From IMG/VR virus record IMGVR_UViG_2541047698_000018: a stretch of DNA of 42,267 nucleotides, one strand, 5' to 3'. A program made the translations under genes and the position numbers. This document shows positions 20,752 through 29,829 of this stretch, one piece after another. Under the pieces are notes generated by a model. That model saw only the letters and a list, made by a program, of their open reading frames with translations, searched no databases and was not told the DNA's origin. Source of the DNA: a virus (Duplodnaviria; Heunggongvirae; Uroviricota; Caudoviricetes). Position 1 is the stretch's first letter; each line of letters starts with the position of its first letter.

Positions 20752-22373
20752 CAGGCCTGTCTCCCTAGCAGCTCCCAGATGTTCAGGGCTGAATTCATTG
20801 GGGCATAGTTGATCATCACCGAGTCGGCAAGGTTTGGCGACCGGGTTCCATCAGGCTGTTTATCAATAACGATTTTTCCCACACCATTAATGGAATAGGT
20901 CGGCTGCGAAAGCTCGATGATGAGTTTATCTTTGAGCGCCATGCTACTGCTGATTGAGATGATTTCGTCCGGGTTGTAAGCCATACCTTCAACCACGGCG
21001 CGCCAGGTATTCTGAAAAAGTTTACGTAACCGCCACCAGCTCTGGGCTTTGGCGTTAGCGAAGAAGTCCTTGTTCAGACGTGCGGCTTGCCCGTTGTCCC
21101 CGCGAACAGCTTCATCATCCGGATCAAATACCGCGCCACTACCTCGAAACGGTGTGGCGAGTATTGACGGTCGGCGCGCAGCGTTACGCAGTTCGTTGAT
21201 AGCGCGCGCATCGCCGCGAACGCCAGCGCCCAGCCCGTCCTCGTCAAAGCGAAACTCTTCGAGGTTGTCCTGTTCGCAAAAACCGAAGACCTTCTCGACG
21301 GACTGATAAATGTCGCTGCCCACACCAGACCATTCCCGCACATTTTCCAGGAGGAAGCCATGACGGGTGGAAAAGGCATTTTTGTCCCTGCCTTCGTCGG
21401 CGACATCCATCGCGCCAAGTCGTTTGCCTGTTGGCTGGATACCCAGTTTGATATGCGCATCAACGGCAGCCTGTACCCATTCTGATGGAATCAGAACGCC
21501 TTCCGCTGATGCGCTGTAGTTCAGATCAAGTTCCTGTGCCACCACCACCGGATTATCGATTTTCTCGCATTCCCTGCGATACCACTCTTCATCCTTGCGA
21601 GGATCATCCCGCCAGTGGAATGTGAATACCGGTATCTTCCCGCCATGACGCTTCTGAGCGAACGGGTTAGCCATGCCGTTAACTGAACTCAGGTCGATAC
21701 GGCAACGCGTCGTTTGTGACAACGCCGCATCAATCAGCAGAGGACGCTGAAGGAATGCAGCCTCATCAACCAGATAAAGCGTGGTACGGTCACCACGACC
21801 AATATTATCGCCAGCCTCGCCTTTGATAACGGCACCAGTTTCAGGAAACTCAACACGCATATATGGCGCGTGCTTCTTCTCGCTCCACGAACCACGAAAC
21901 TCTACAGGCAGTGTTTCCACGAACTTGCGCGCCTTCCAGAACAATGCTTTCGGGTCACCGGTGCTGTCGACGTATTCCTCTTTACGGGAGCCGAAACCGA
22001 TAACCATTTCTTTGTTGAAGAGACAAAGCGAGCAGGCCAGTCCGATCGCGGTCCAACTGAGCCCCATTTCACGGGATTTTTCGGTAATACCATTCTCCCG
22101 ATTGCCCCAGCGTTCCATAATCCAGTGGATCCACTCCTCCTGCTTAGGGAAGAGTAAAAACGGAATGGTCACCGGCAGGCCATAATCAATATTACGCGGG
22201 TCCGTTGTCATGCCCCAGTCGATGATGAACTGAGCCGGATTGGTTCGGTAAAACTGCTTCAATACGGGCAATATTTCAGGATTCTGGCGAATGCGCTGTA
22301 GGCGTTCCATCCGCCATTCAAAAACCATCTGGTAATCAGGATGTTTAAAATCGAAGGGGAATGGTAACGGCAT
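20751..22373 (-). CDS. Terminase large subunit
   Basis: 540 aa; Walker B-like [11 protein letters not shown]; coupled to TerS (ATGA overlap). Confidence 0.85.
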   Translation of the reverse strand: MPLPFPFDFKHPDYQMVFEWRMERLQRIRQNPEILPVLKQFYRTNPAQFIIDWGMTTDPRNIDYGLPVTIPFLLFPKQEEWIHWIMERWGNRENGITEKSREMGLSWTAIGLACSLCLFNKEMVIGFGSRKEEYVDSTGDPKALFWKARKFVETLPVEFRGSWSEKKHAPYMRVEFPETGAVIKGEAGDNIGRGDRTTLYLVDEAAFLQRPLLIDAALSQTTRCRIDLSSVNGMANPFAQKRHGGKIPVFTFHWRDDPRKDEEWYRRECEKIDNPVVVAQELDLNYSASAEGVLIPSEWVQAAVDAHIKLGIQPTGKRLGAMDVADEGRDKNAFSTRHGFLLENVREWSGVGSDIYQSVEKVFGFCEQDNLEEFRFDEDGLGAGVRGDARAINELRNAARRPSILATPFRGSGAVFDPDDEAVRGDNGQAARLNKDFFANAKAQSWWRLRKLFQNTWRAVVEGMAYNPDEIISISSSMALKDKLIIELSQPTYSINGVGKIVIDKQPDGTRSPNLADSVMINYAPMNSALNIWELLGRQA

Positions 22374-22375
22374 AC

Positions 22376-22948
22376 TTAGCCCATCATTTTTCTATACGCC
22401 TCTGCAGCCTGCTCCGGCGTTAAGTTGGTAATTTCTGTTCTTACGGGTCCTCCATCAGCGCCAGTCACTTCATTTTTGACGTTGTCTTTAAACGCCTGAA
22501 CAGAAACATGACGCCCAAGCAACTCAAGGTTTTTAACCTTATCAGGCCACTTAATCTTTTTAAGGATCCCGACCATTTCTCTGTCATCTCCTCGCCCCTC
22601 AAACATTTCAGCGAGGTTAAATCCACTCAGGTACCGACGCCACGATTCCGGCCACGCAGACAGAGGCTTAATACTTAAATCGTCCTCCAGGATGTCAGCC
22701 ACATCGAGCCTGTCGATCTCAACCAGTCGCATCAGCACATAATTCGCATCAATGCCCAGTTGATCAATACGCTCCTGCTTTAGCTCGTTAATACGGGCGC
22801 GTATCTCAGGTTTACCGTATAGTTCAGCCCCCGTAACATGTGCTCGCCTGGAGACGTAGCCTGCGCGAATAGCTGCTTGTGTAGCATTCAGATCGACAAG
22901 AAACTCGCGACAAAACACCTCGTGTTTTGCTTTCAGCTTCTTAGTCAT
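22376..22948 (-). CDS. Terminase small subunit
   Basis: 190 aa; N-terminal [22 protein letters not shown] helix-turn-helix typical of terminase small subunits. Confidence 0.8.
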   Translation of the reverse strand: MTKKLKAKHEVFCREFLVDLNATQAAIRAGYVSRRAHVTGAELYGKPEIRARINELKQERIDQLGIDANYVLMRLVEIDRLDVADILEDDLSIKPLSAWPESWRRYLSGFNLAEMFEGRGDDREMVGILKKIKWPDKVKNLELLGRHVSVQAFKDNVKNEVTGADGGPVRTEITNLTPEQAAEAYRKMMG

Positions 22949-23009
22949 TTTATTTTCCAGTTATCAGGTCATTATCGAAGCCCCTCCTGGAAGAGCTTCT
23001 GTAATGCTA

Positions 23010-23534
23010 TTACCGGGACTGTTCTATTTGTCGGACACCAGCCAACTGGTTATTCGCCTTCTCGATGGCTGCCAACAGTGGGTTAATCCACAGAACAGCC
23101 TGGCAATATGTCAACGTTCTGGTGGTAGTGGCACGATCACCGGCTGAGTCAATGTCCCCGGAATCGGCGTGCAATGCGCTGGCGCGTAAACGGTTCGCGT
23201 AGTTGAGCAACCCGACAGCAATATCAACAGGAACAGGAAAATCACAGTTCTTTTCACGGAGCAGAACCTCACGGTATTTGATGACTGTCTTCTCGTGACC
23301 GATGTCGACCAGAGAATTTAATCGGCTTGCGTTTTCTGCTATCTGGTTAAAACGATTGAAGTTTAATGCCTGATTAGCTATCACTTTCCCTTGATATTCA
23401 GCTTCACCTTCCGCTTTATCAGCCCGCAACTTTTCTGCCTGATACTTGCTGTGGTAATGGTTTGCAGACCAGACGAGCGCCCCAAAGGCAGAGAAGAAAA
23501 ATGCCGCGATGACAATCTTATAAGTCAGCTTCAT
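23010..23534 (-). CDS. Rz: Rz-like i-spanin
   Basis: 174 aa; N-terminal TM helix then WSANHY (lambda Rz has WAVNHY) and coiled-coil; last gene of lysis cassette. Confidence 0.7.
   Translation of the reverse strand: MKLTYKIVIAAFFFSAFGALVWSANHYHSKYQAEKLRADKAEGEAEYQGKVIANQALNFNRFNQIAENASRLNSLVDIGHEKTVIKYREVLLREKNCDFPVPVDIAVGLLNYANRLRASALHADSGDIDSAGDRATTTRTLTYCQAVLWINPLLAAIEKANNQLAGVRQIEQSR
23111..23257 (-). CDS. Rz1: Rz1-like o-spanin lipoprotein embedded in +1 frame of Rz
   Basis: GTG-initiated 48 codons: VKRTVIFLFLLILLSGC lipobox then Pro-rich STTRTVYAPAHCTPIPGTLTQPVIVPLPPER; GAGG 9 nt upstream. Confidence 0.5.
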   Translation of the reverse strand: MKRTVIFLFLLILLSGCSTTRTVYAPAHCTPIPGTLTQPVIVPLPPER

Positions 23535-23994
23535 TTACCACCCCACCAGCATCTTTAAACCTGGAAATCAGGTCACCGATTTTATGTTCATACTGACCGT
23601 AACCTGCACCAGGTAACGACGCCCAGATATTGCTGCAACGGTCGATTGCCTGACGAATATCGCCACGGTCAATCATCGGTAAAGCGCCACGCTCTTTAAT
23701 CTGCTGCAGCGCCACAGCGTCCTGACTTTCTGGCGAAAAATCTTTCAGGCCAAGCTGCTTGCGGTAGGCATCCCACCAGCGTGAAAGAAGCTGATACCGG
23801 CCTGCGGCTGTTGATTTAAGCTTCGGGTTTAGCGTGACAAGTCTGCGAGGGTGATCGGAGTAATCAGTGAACAGTTCACCACCGACAATAACATCATAAC
23901 CGTGGTTACGTGTCGGTTGTCGCCCGTTATCCGTTCCTTCTGACCATGCCACCATATCCAGGAAAGCTTTACGTTGGGAATTTAGTGTCTGCAT
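23518..23994 (-). CDS. R: Endolysin (lambda R-type lytic transglycosylase)
   Basis: 158 aa, nearly collinear with lambda R as recalled (NSQRKAFLDMVAWSEGTDNGRQ...). Confidence 0.9.
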   Translation of the reverse strand: MQTLNSQRKAFLDMVAWSEGTDNGRQPTRNHGYDVIVGGELFTDYSDHPRRLVTLNPKLKSTAAGRYQLLSRWWDAYRKQLGLKDFSPESQDAVALQQIKERGALPMIDRGDIRQAIDRCSNIWASLPGAGYGQYEHKIGDLISRFKDAGGVVNEADL

Positions 23995-23997
23995 GAA

Positions 23998-24357
23998 TTA
24001 CTCCTTAGAGCCACCAAACTTGTTACCGATTACTCGCATTGCAGCCCCACGAATAGCATCGACACCGATCAGCCCAACACCACCACCAATGGCAACAGAA
24101 AGCGATTTAGGCCATCCAACATACTCAAGAGCGGATGCAAAGGTCAGCGTCAGAGCACCACAGAGCAAAATCTCAAGCGTTTTTCGTTTCCAGCCGCCGC
24201 CACCGCCAAAATAGGCAATGCGCAAGCCAGCCATAACAATTGACATAACCACTGCGCCCAACGGCGTATCTCCACGCCACCAACTTTGTAAGAGTTCCAG
24301 TAAGTCAGGCCAGGAATGAGGAGCATTGTGCATTTTCATACTTCCCACCTCCGCCAT
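23998..24357 (-). CDS. Holin (dual-start motif)
   Basis: 119 aa, three predicted TM helices; N-terminal MAEVGSMKM suggests antiholin/holin dual start; directly before endolysin. Confidence 0.7.
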   Translation of the reverse strand: MAEVGSMKMHNAPHSWPDLLELLQSWWRGDTPLGAVVMSIVMAGLRIAYFGGGGGWKRKTLEILLCGALTLTFASALEYVGWPKSLSVAIGGGVGLIGVDAIRGAAMRVIGNKFGGSKE

Positions 24358-24440
24358 TACGGGGTGTTGTTGAAAGGCGGGCCCTGCGTATACGCCCGTA
24401 GGATTGGGTTATGAGCCGTCCTTCGGTGGGCCCTGAATAC

Positions 24441-24463
24441 AAAAAAAGTTCGCCATAGCGAAC
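24441..24463 (-). terminator. Rho-independent terminator upstream of holin (tR'-like)
   Basis: Minus-strand RNA gttcgc-uaug-gcgaac followed by U7; about 85 nt before holin start. Confidence 0.6.
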
Positions 24464-24504
24464 CTTGTTAAATTTGTTAAAAAAGGAGGTTATTTAACAT
24501 AATG

Positions 24505-24540
24505 TGCGTTATAGGAACCACACGATCACCGCTCGCAATA
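24505..24540 (-). promoter_or_regulatory. Candidate late promoter (pR'-like)
   Basis: Minus strand TTGCGA, 19-nt spacer, TATAAC; lies about 45 nt upstream of the tR'-like terminator. Confidence 0.3.
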
Positions 24541-24783
24541 GATTTGCGATGAAAGGCCTATTTAATCAACTTAAGTGGTCCAGAATGACGAAATTCGAGT
24601 GAATAAAAGGTGCATAAAAAAGGGCAAAAACTGCATAGCGTTTTTTCGCAGCGAAAGCCCTGTTTTATTAACTTTTCCCCAGAATAGGACAATAAAAAGG
24701 CCCCCTTGCGGAAGCCTCTTCGTGATGAACTGTTTTCAACAGATATCAGGCTAATCGGCTTTTTGGAATTCCACAACTATTTT

Positions 24784-25125
24784 TTATCTTACCTTGATGC
24801 CTGATGCCGTCAGATGTTTACGACAGTCCTGAATACCTTCGTTATAACCCGCATCGTAGAAGCTATCCGGCTTTGCCTTCAGCGCAGGAAGCGTAACGCT
24901 GGTAGCTCTTCGTTCGGCCAGAACACCTGCCTGAAAGAGTGTCCACATCAACTGAACTGCTGAATCACAGTAAGTAACATCTTCACTGTACAATTCTCGT
25001 TCAATCCTGATGCCAAGTTGAGCCTTCATTGATGCGCCAATATTACCTTTGACCTGCAACGACAGGTCTGGGTACCTCTGTTCCATGAAGCTTTCAAATC
25101 TGTTGCGAACGCTGATCAGAGCCAT
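24784..25125 (-). CDS. Hypothetical protein between Q and lysis cassette
   Basis: 113 aa intact ORF directly after Q; no motif recognised. Confidence 0.4.
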   Translation of the reverse strand: MALISVRNRFESFMEQRYPDLSLQVKGNIGASMKAQLGIRIERELYSEDVTYCDSAVQLMWTLFQAGVLAERRATSVTLPALKAKPDSFYDAGYNEGIQDCRKHLTASGIKVR

Positions 25126-25156
25126 CTGGTTCCCTTACGTGATTGATTGCTGGATA

Positions 25157-25579
25157 TTATGCCGCCGAGCAGCTCCTACGCAAAGTCCTGATAGTCTGAG
25201 GCTTTGACTGAACCGACTGATCCATTTCGAGCACCACATCCAGCATGGCTAAGCAACCGTCAATAAATCCCTCTGCCGCCTGAAGCCTCTTCAGAACGTG
25301 GGTGTGAGATACGCCGAGCTTCTCACCCATCGCCCGCACGGGCATGGCCTGGACGTAATGCCACTCAAGGAGCGTGCACAGATACGGATCTTTTTTCTTC
25401 AGGCAGCTCATAGCGGAGTTGATGATAAGACCGTCATTGTCACTGCATTTCAGCCTTCCAGACTGCGTCGCGGGTAGCAGATTCTTAAACCCGGCTGCAA
25501 CAGGAGGAAAGTAGACGCTACCACCTTCACTCGCAGCCCAGCCCCCCCAGCGCTCTAAAACCTGTTGAATATTACGCAT
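25157..25579 (-). CDS. Late antiterminator Q (QuuD-like)
   Basis: 140 aa; MRNIQQVLERWGGWAA...AAGFKNL...KRLQAAEGFIDGCLAMLDVVLEMD matches DLP12 QuuD as recalled. Confidence 0.8.
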   Translation of the reverse strand: MRNIQQVLERWGGWAASEGGSVYFPPVAAGFKNLLPATQSGRLKCSDNDGLIINSAMSCLKKKDPYLCTLLEWHYVQAMPVRAMGEKLGVSHTHVLKRLQAAEGFIDGCLAMLDVVLEMDQSVQSKPQTIRTLRRSCSAA

Positions 25580-25624
25580 AGCTCTGACCTCTACGTTTTG
25601 CTACGTTTGGAAATTTTCTACTAC

Positions 25625-25855
25625 TCAATACTCGTTGAATGTCAGGTGGCCGCTAACACTGACGTTTGGCCCGTCAGATAACACAAGCTGGAAATTGTCG
25701 TCGCAAACAGAGCAGCCGAGGTCAATAACTACCGTTTTGTCGTGTTTATGCGCTCGCATGGCGACATCGCGAATAAACACGCTGTTACTAGCGCAACGTG
25801 GGCAGGTAATTTCGTTATTTCCGTCGATATGATTTTTTAATCCTGAAACTTTCAT
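25625..25855 (-). CDS. Small zinc-ribbon protein
   Basis: 76 aa with CPRC ... CSVC pairs; between origin region and Q. Confidence 0.4.
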   Translation of the reverse strand: MKVSGLKNHIDGNNEITCPRCASNSVFIRDVAMRAHKHDKTVVIDLGCSVCDDNFQLVLSDGPNVSVSGHLTFNEY

Positions 25856-25904
25856 GTTGTTTACTCCAGCTAGTTATTTGCAAATATTTGCAAGTTAATT
25901 TCCG

Positions 25905-26170
25905 GGTGACGGCTAGGTGACGCGTAATTACATATCCGTCACCTGCTGCAAATCGCGCCATATAAGGCCTGAAGATGTTTTAGGTGACAGGTGACGGTTG
26001 ATTTTAGTTCTATATATATATAAGCGATCGTATAATACCTAAAATACACACTCTCGCGTATATAGTTTTAAATTCTGCCGTCACCTGTCACCTTTAGCAC
26101 ATTTCCCATTGTTTTATATATAATTTTTAAGGTGACGCTTAAGCATTTTGCCGTCACCTAGCCGTCACCT
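25905..26170. repeat. Iteron cluster with AT-rich core; putative origin of replication
   Basis: At least 9 copies of GGTGAC(G/A) / CCGTCACC in both orientations (e.g. 25905, 25936, 25983, 25990, 26078, 26131, 26151, 26162) flanking tatatatatata and GATC. Confidence 0.5.
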
Positions 26171-26172
26171 TT

Positions 26173-28434
26173 TTACAATCCAGATTGCAAAATTTCGCAA
26201 GATTTATATATTTCGCGCAATTCTTCGTTGCTGAAATCGTTATTTTTTACAAGAATCCAAATCCTATATACAAACCCGTCAATTTTTACGCGTACGGGTT
26301 CCCGCTTTGTTCTTTCTTTCAAAATGCGAGTAATATGCTTCTGGTTAATTTCTACATCCATTCCTGCTTCTGCCAGTATTGCGTTAACAATTTGTTGATA
26401 AGTCATTGCTGGCACAGGCGGATTATCCAGGATTTCAATAAGAGCAGCCTCCACATCGCTCTTATTGCTTTCAATCATCAGAAGGCGTTCTTTCGTCTCG
26501 GGGGCGCGCTGCCAGTTAAAGCGAGACAGGTCAACGCCCATCAGATACCAGTACACCTGGGCGATAAAGTCGCTGTCGCTTAGCGCACCGTACAGGCTGG
26601 CGTAATGCTCTTCAGTTGCGGCGAAGTCAGGGCCCCCCAGCACAGCGATACGTCGGTCTTCCTCTGGCAGCGCCAGCGCATCAAAGTGGTTGGTGTAGAA
26701 CAGAAAGCCGGTGTATATATCCATCGTTTTTTTGCTGCCATATTTGCGGTTCACTTCAAACCGTGGTTCTGTCAGCACATCGCGGATCTTATCGTTCACC
26801 TCATACCGCTTATCGTTTTCGCGCACCTCGTCAATGGTGCATAGAAGCGTATTGTACAGATAGTCATGGAACTGGTTATCGCACAGGATCTTCATGCGAG
26901 TACGAGCACAGTTCCACGGGCCGAGCACGCGCTCCATTAACTGGCTGACCCATCCTCTGCCCGTACCATGTGCGGTAGCCACATGCAGAATAGAAATCGG
27001 GCATCGACGCTCCGGATGCTGAACCATCCACCCCAGACGGGCGATGAAAAACTCGCGCTGCCAGGCATCAGGTACCAGATACGCCATATGATTAAGGAAC
27101 GTGGACACCTTACTTGTATCCGCTGTACGTGGATGCTCAGGCATATAAAATTCGTTTATCTCAAACCGCCCGTCGAAACGCTCGATAATACGTCCCGCAC
27201 CGGGCTTATAGCCTGTCGTCTCAGCAATCTTCTTATGCCGATGCTCTATCCACCGTTTGGTTGCGGGAGTTGGTTGCCCTTTCCCTTCTGGCGGGAACTG
27301 GTAAGGCGCCATCAGGTTTTTGAACGACTTCATATCCATCATGCACTGATATGGCGGTCGGCTAAGATCACATACCTGGTCACCCTCGATGACGTAGATA
27401 AAGCGTTCCAGAAAATGAGCTGTCATATCTGTATTAATATCGGTAAATTCAGGCTTATCGCCATCTTCAACCACCGTGAGATCTTCGAACAGGGATTGCG
27501 TATAGCCGTAGCCTTCCAGCCAGTCGGCATCAGTAAGCCCCGCATCGGTGTTGTGCATGCTTTTAAAATGTCCCTGTTCAAATCCCCCCGTCCCTTTTGG
27601 GAAATACTTAATGGATGTTTCGCTGCAACCGTTGCTGTATTCTGACTCATCCCGAAACGGTTTCAGATTGCGGGAACCATCAGAGCTGACTGACAGAGTC
27701 CACCCGTTCGCGTCAAGCCAGTCAGCGACATCATCTGTCGCGGAAGGATCAACACAGGAAAGGTCACGCTGACGTCCCGCACCTGCGGTATAGCTGTCTT
27801 TCACGGGTAAGTTATCCGCTAGACGCTGCCACAGGCTTTCGAGCTGTTCAGATGTAATTTTCAGAGGTTCGCTGGGCAAACCGCAGTCCCACTGAATACG
27901 TTCGCCTGCCGGATGGGTACCACAAGCCACAAACTGCTGGCCCTTAGCGAGCAGCTCTATTTGTTTGTTTTCGCCTTCCAGGCGGTGACCACGTTTACGG
28001 TAGTCGCCATCAACAGCAATCAGGTATAGGCATTTATGACTGTCAGCCCGCCAGCGACGTGGCGGAAGTTCCCCCAAGCATGACAGGATAATATTGCGTA
28101 CGATCTCCTGCATCCCGGCGTCATTGATATCGCAGTCCAGAGCCACCACCCCGTCGCCAGTACGAACGCAAATACCGTAATCGGGTTCGTTCGACCACCG
28201 GGCAAAATCGTTTTCCGTAACAACATAGTTAGCCCAGTCGGGGATACCAACAACCTTACGTTGGCCATTGTAGCGACTGGGAGTTTTGCCGAAATTATGA
28301 GACAGCTTGCTATTAGGCGACAGTTCTGCACAGGGATTGGACACCACAGGTAAAAGCCTGTCTGTCATCCCCAACACCAGATCGAAGTGGAACCACTCAT
28401 CGGGCGTAGCTCCCCATGGTTTGTTATCAGACAT
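26173..28434 (-). CDS. DNA primase/replication protein (Prim-Pol domain plus C-terminal domain)
   Basis: 753 aa; GDGVVALDCDIND and KGQQFVACGTHPAG resemble Prim-Pol; no canonical Walker A seen in C-terminal half. Confidence 0.7.
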   Translation of the reverse strand: MSDNKPWGATPDEWFHFDLVLGMTDRLLPVVSNPCAELSPNSKLSHNFGKTPSRYNGQRKVVGIPDWANYVVTENDFARWSNEPDYGICVRTGDGVVALDCDINDAGMQEIVRNIILSCLGELPPRRWRADSHKCLYLIAVDGDYRKRGHRLEGENKQIELLAKGQQFVACGTHPAGERIQWDCGLPSEPLKITSEQLESLWQRLADNLPVKDSYTAGAGRQRDLSCVDPSATDDVADWLDANGWTLSVSSDGSRNLKPFRDESEYSNGCSETSIKYFPKGTGGFEQGHFKSMHNTDAGLTDADWLEGYGYTQSLFEDLTVVEDGDKPEFTDINTDMTAHFLERFIYVIEGDQVCDLSRPPYQCMMDMKSFKNLMAPYQFPPEGKGQPTPATKRWIEHRHKKIAETTGYKPGAGRIIERFDGRFEINEFYMPEHPRTADTSKVSTFLNHMAYLVPDAWQREFFIARLGWMVQHPERRCPISILHVATAHGTGRGWVSQLMERVLGPWNCARTRMKILCDNQFHDYLYNTLLCTIDEVRENDKRYEVNDKIRDVLTEPRFEVNRKYGSKKTMDIYTGFLFYTNHFDALALPEEDRRIAVLGGPDFAATEEHYASLYGALSDSDFIAQVYWYLMGVDLSRFNWQRAPETKERLLMIESNKSDVEAALIEILDNPPVPAMTYQQIVNAILAEAGMDVEINQKHITRILKERTKREPVRVKIDGFVYRIWILVKNNDFSNEELREIYKSCEILQSGL

Positions 28435-28437
28435 GGG

Positions 28438-28638
28438 TTACGCCTTTTGTCTAGCTGTCACTTCCTGAAAAAGCTTTTCTATCGCACGTACTGTAGAAAA
28501 GCGAGGGTCAGAATGAACCCCGGTAAGAAGCCGACTAATAGAAGACTGCTTCACGCCTGCAATTTCGGCAATTTGGTTTTGGGTATACCCTGAATCAATC
28601 AAGCTTTTGACCATCTCTTGTGGTGTTAGTCCGGACAT
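28438..28638 (-). CDS. Cro-like HTH regulator
   Basis: 66 aa; YTQNQIAEIAGVKQSSISRLLTG helix-turn-helix; divergent from cI; GGAG Shine-Dalgarno. Confidence 0.65.
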   Translation of the reverse strand: MSGLTPQEMVKSLIDSGYTQNQIAEIAGVKQSSISRLLTGVHSDPRFSTVRAIEKLFQEVTARQKA

Positions 28639-28779
28639 ATTTAAGTCTCCACTTTCGTCTATAGCGCAAATTTATACGAAAACGGATTATTCAGCAATAC
28701 AGCAATTCTATGCCATCCTGGATTAAAATATCCGATAACGCATAATCACCGTCCCTGTATACAACATGGATGAATCCAA
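28639..28779. promoter_or_regulatory. Divergent cI/cro promoter-operator region (OR-like)
   Basis: 141-bp gap between divergent genes; minus-strand TTGCTG...TATAAA before cro; motif AACGCATAAT at 28737-28746 recurs beyond cI. Confidence 0.45.
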
Positions 28780-29454
28780 ATGATTGATACTACCGATATC
28801 CTTTCTCAAAACATCAAGTACCTGATGGACAAAGCCAAGATAAGCTCGATAACTGAGCTGGCACGTCGGTTACAGCTGAACCAACCAACGCTACACAGGC
28901 TGGTATCAGGAGAGGTGAAAGATCCGAAATACGCAACGTTAAAGCAGATCGCCGACTACTTCCACGTGTCACCAATAGACCTGGCAGAAAGGAGCCTTCA
29001 AGAAATGGAGAAAGAGGACGCGACAGGTATAAAAACGTATATTTCTCTTAGGTTTAATAAAGTACCTGTTTTGGGAAACACTCAGCTAGGCGTTGGAGGA
29101 CTTTGGAGCGACACCCAATATTCAGTAGGTAGCAGTGATGGTTTCATATACTGGCCGACAAAGGATGAAGATGCATACGCCCTGAAATGTGTTGGTGATT
29201 CAATGATGCCTAGAATCAAAGAGGGTGAGTTCGTAATCGTCGAACCCAACCACGACTACACTCCTGGTGATGAAGTACTTGTGGTTACCCAGGACGGTGA
29301 GGTCATGGTTAAAACCTTCTTGTTCGAACGCGATGGCCTGTTCCATCTAATGTCTGTAAATGAAGATCATCCACCAGTCAGAGTACCACGCGAAAACATT
29401 GAAAAAATCCATTACGTGGCGGGGATCGCCAAATCCGCGCTACGCATGTACTAA
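28780..29454 (+). CDS. cI: CI-type repressor (HTH plus S24 LexA-like peptidase)
   Basis: 224 aa; N-terminal HTH; C-terminal GDSM (Ser nucleophile) and downstream Lys (VMVKTF). Confidence 0.85.
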   Translation: MIDTTDILSQNIKYLMDKAKISSITELARRLQLNQPTLHRLVSGEVKDPKYATLKQIADYFHVSPIDLAERSLQEMEKEDATGIKTYISLRFNKVPVLGNTQLGVGGLWSDTQYSVGSSDGFIYWPTKDEDAYALKCVGDSMMPRIKEGEFVIVEPNHDYTPGDEVLVVTQDGEVMVKTFLFERDGLFHLMSVNEDHPPVRVPRENIEKIHYVAGIAKSALRMY

Positions 29455-29486
29455 CCTTTACAGTCTGATAACTTACTTCTGATCAA

Positions 29487-29517
29487 ACCGCTCTCCACAA
29501 GGGCGGTTTTCTTATTT
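29487..29517 (+). terminator. Terminator after cI
   Basis: accgctc-tccacaa-gggcggt (one G-U pair) followed by tttcttattt. Confidence 0.5.
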
Positions 29518-29538
29518 GCAAAATAATTCATTTTCGCA

Positions 29539-29567
29539 TTGACACAAAATCCCATAACGCATATAAA
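29539..29567 (+). promoter_or_regulatory. Consensus sigma70 promoter (PL-like) with operator motif in spacer
   Basis: TTGACA, 17 nt, TATAAA; spacer contains ATAACGCATA; followed by CGCAT-N5-ATGCG palindrome. Confidence 0.55.
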
Positions 29568-29603
29568 TACGATATCGCATAATTAATGCGTTTTTTAATA
29601 CCA

Positions 29604-29615
29604 GCTCTTTAACAA
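29604..29615 (+). promoter_or_regulatory. boxA-like antitermination element
   Basis: GCTCTTTAACAA matches rrn/lambdoid boxA core, about 35 nt downstream of the PL-like promoter. Confidence 0.4.
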
Positions 29616-29760
29616 ACTGAACCGCGTGACAGGTAAGCCGCAGTACTCCTGGCAAAATGAAATGGCACCCGATGGGATCGAGGTAAGCGCCGAGTCCGTA
29701 TGCGTACGGTAAGCGTAGAGGACAACACCGCGACGAACTGATAAGTCACGCAAGTTGAAA

Positions 29761-29778
29761 CGCCCCGACGATGGGGCG
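29761..29778. other. GC hairpin downstream of the 189-aa gene
   Basis: cgcccc-gacgat-ggggcg perfect 6-bp stem. Confidence 0.35.
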
Positions 29779-29829
29779 CTTAGTTCCTTTAACTCTGGGT
29801 GGCCGGAAAGGTACCCATGCTTAAAGAAA

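Noticed and set aside
24360-24780. tRNA gene between Q and holin
   Set aside because: No GTTCGAATC-type T-loop or cloverleaf arrangement found; the hairpin plus T-run reads as a terminator.
25905-26170. CRISPR array
   Set aside because: Repeats are only about 8 bp, in both orientations, irregularly spaced, with no cas genes; pattern fits iterons.
29600-29780. Retron-like msr/msd ncRNA or type III toxin-antitoxin repeat array
   Set aside because: No reverse transcriptase ORF nearby; the GGTAAGC repeats are not regular tandem units and no same-strand toxin gene follows.
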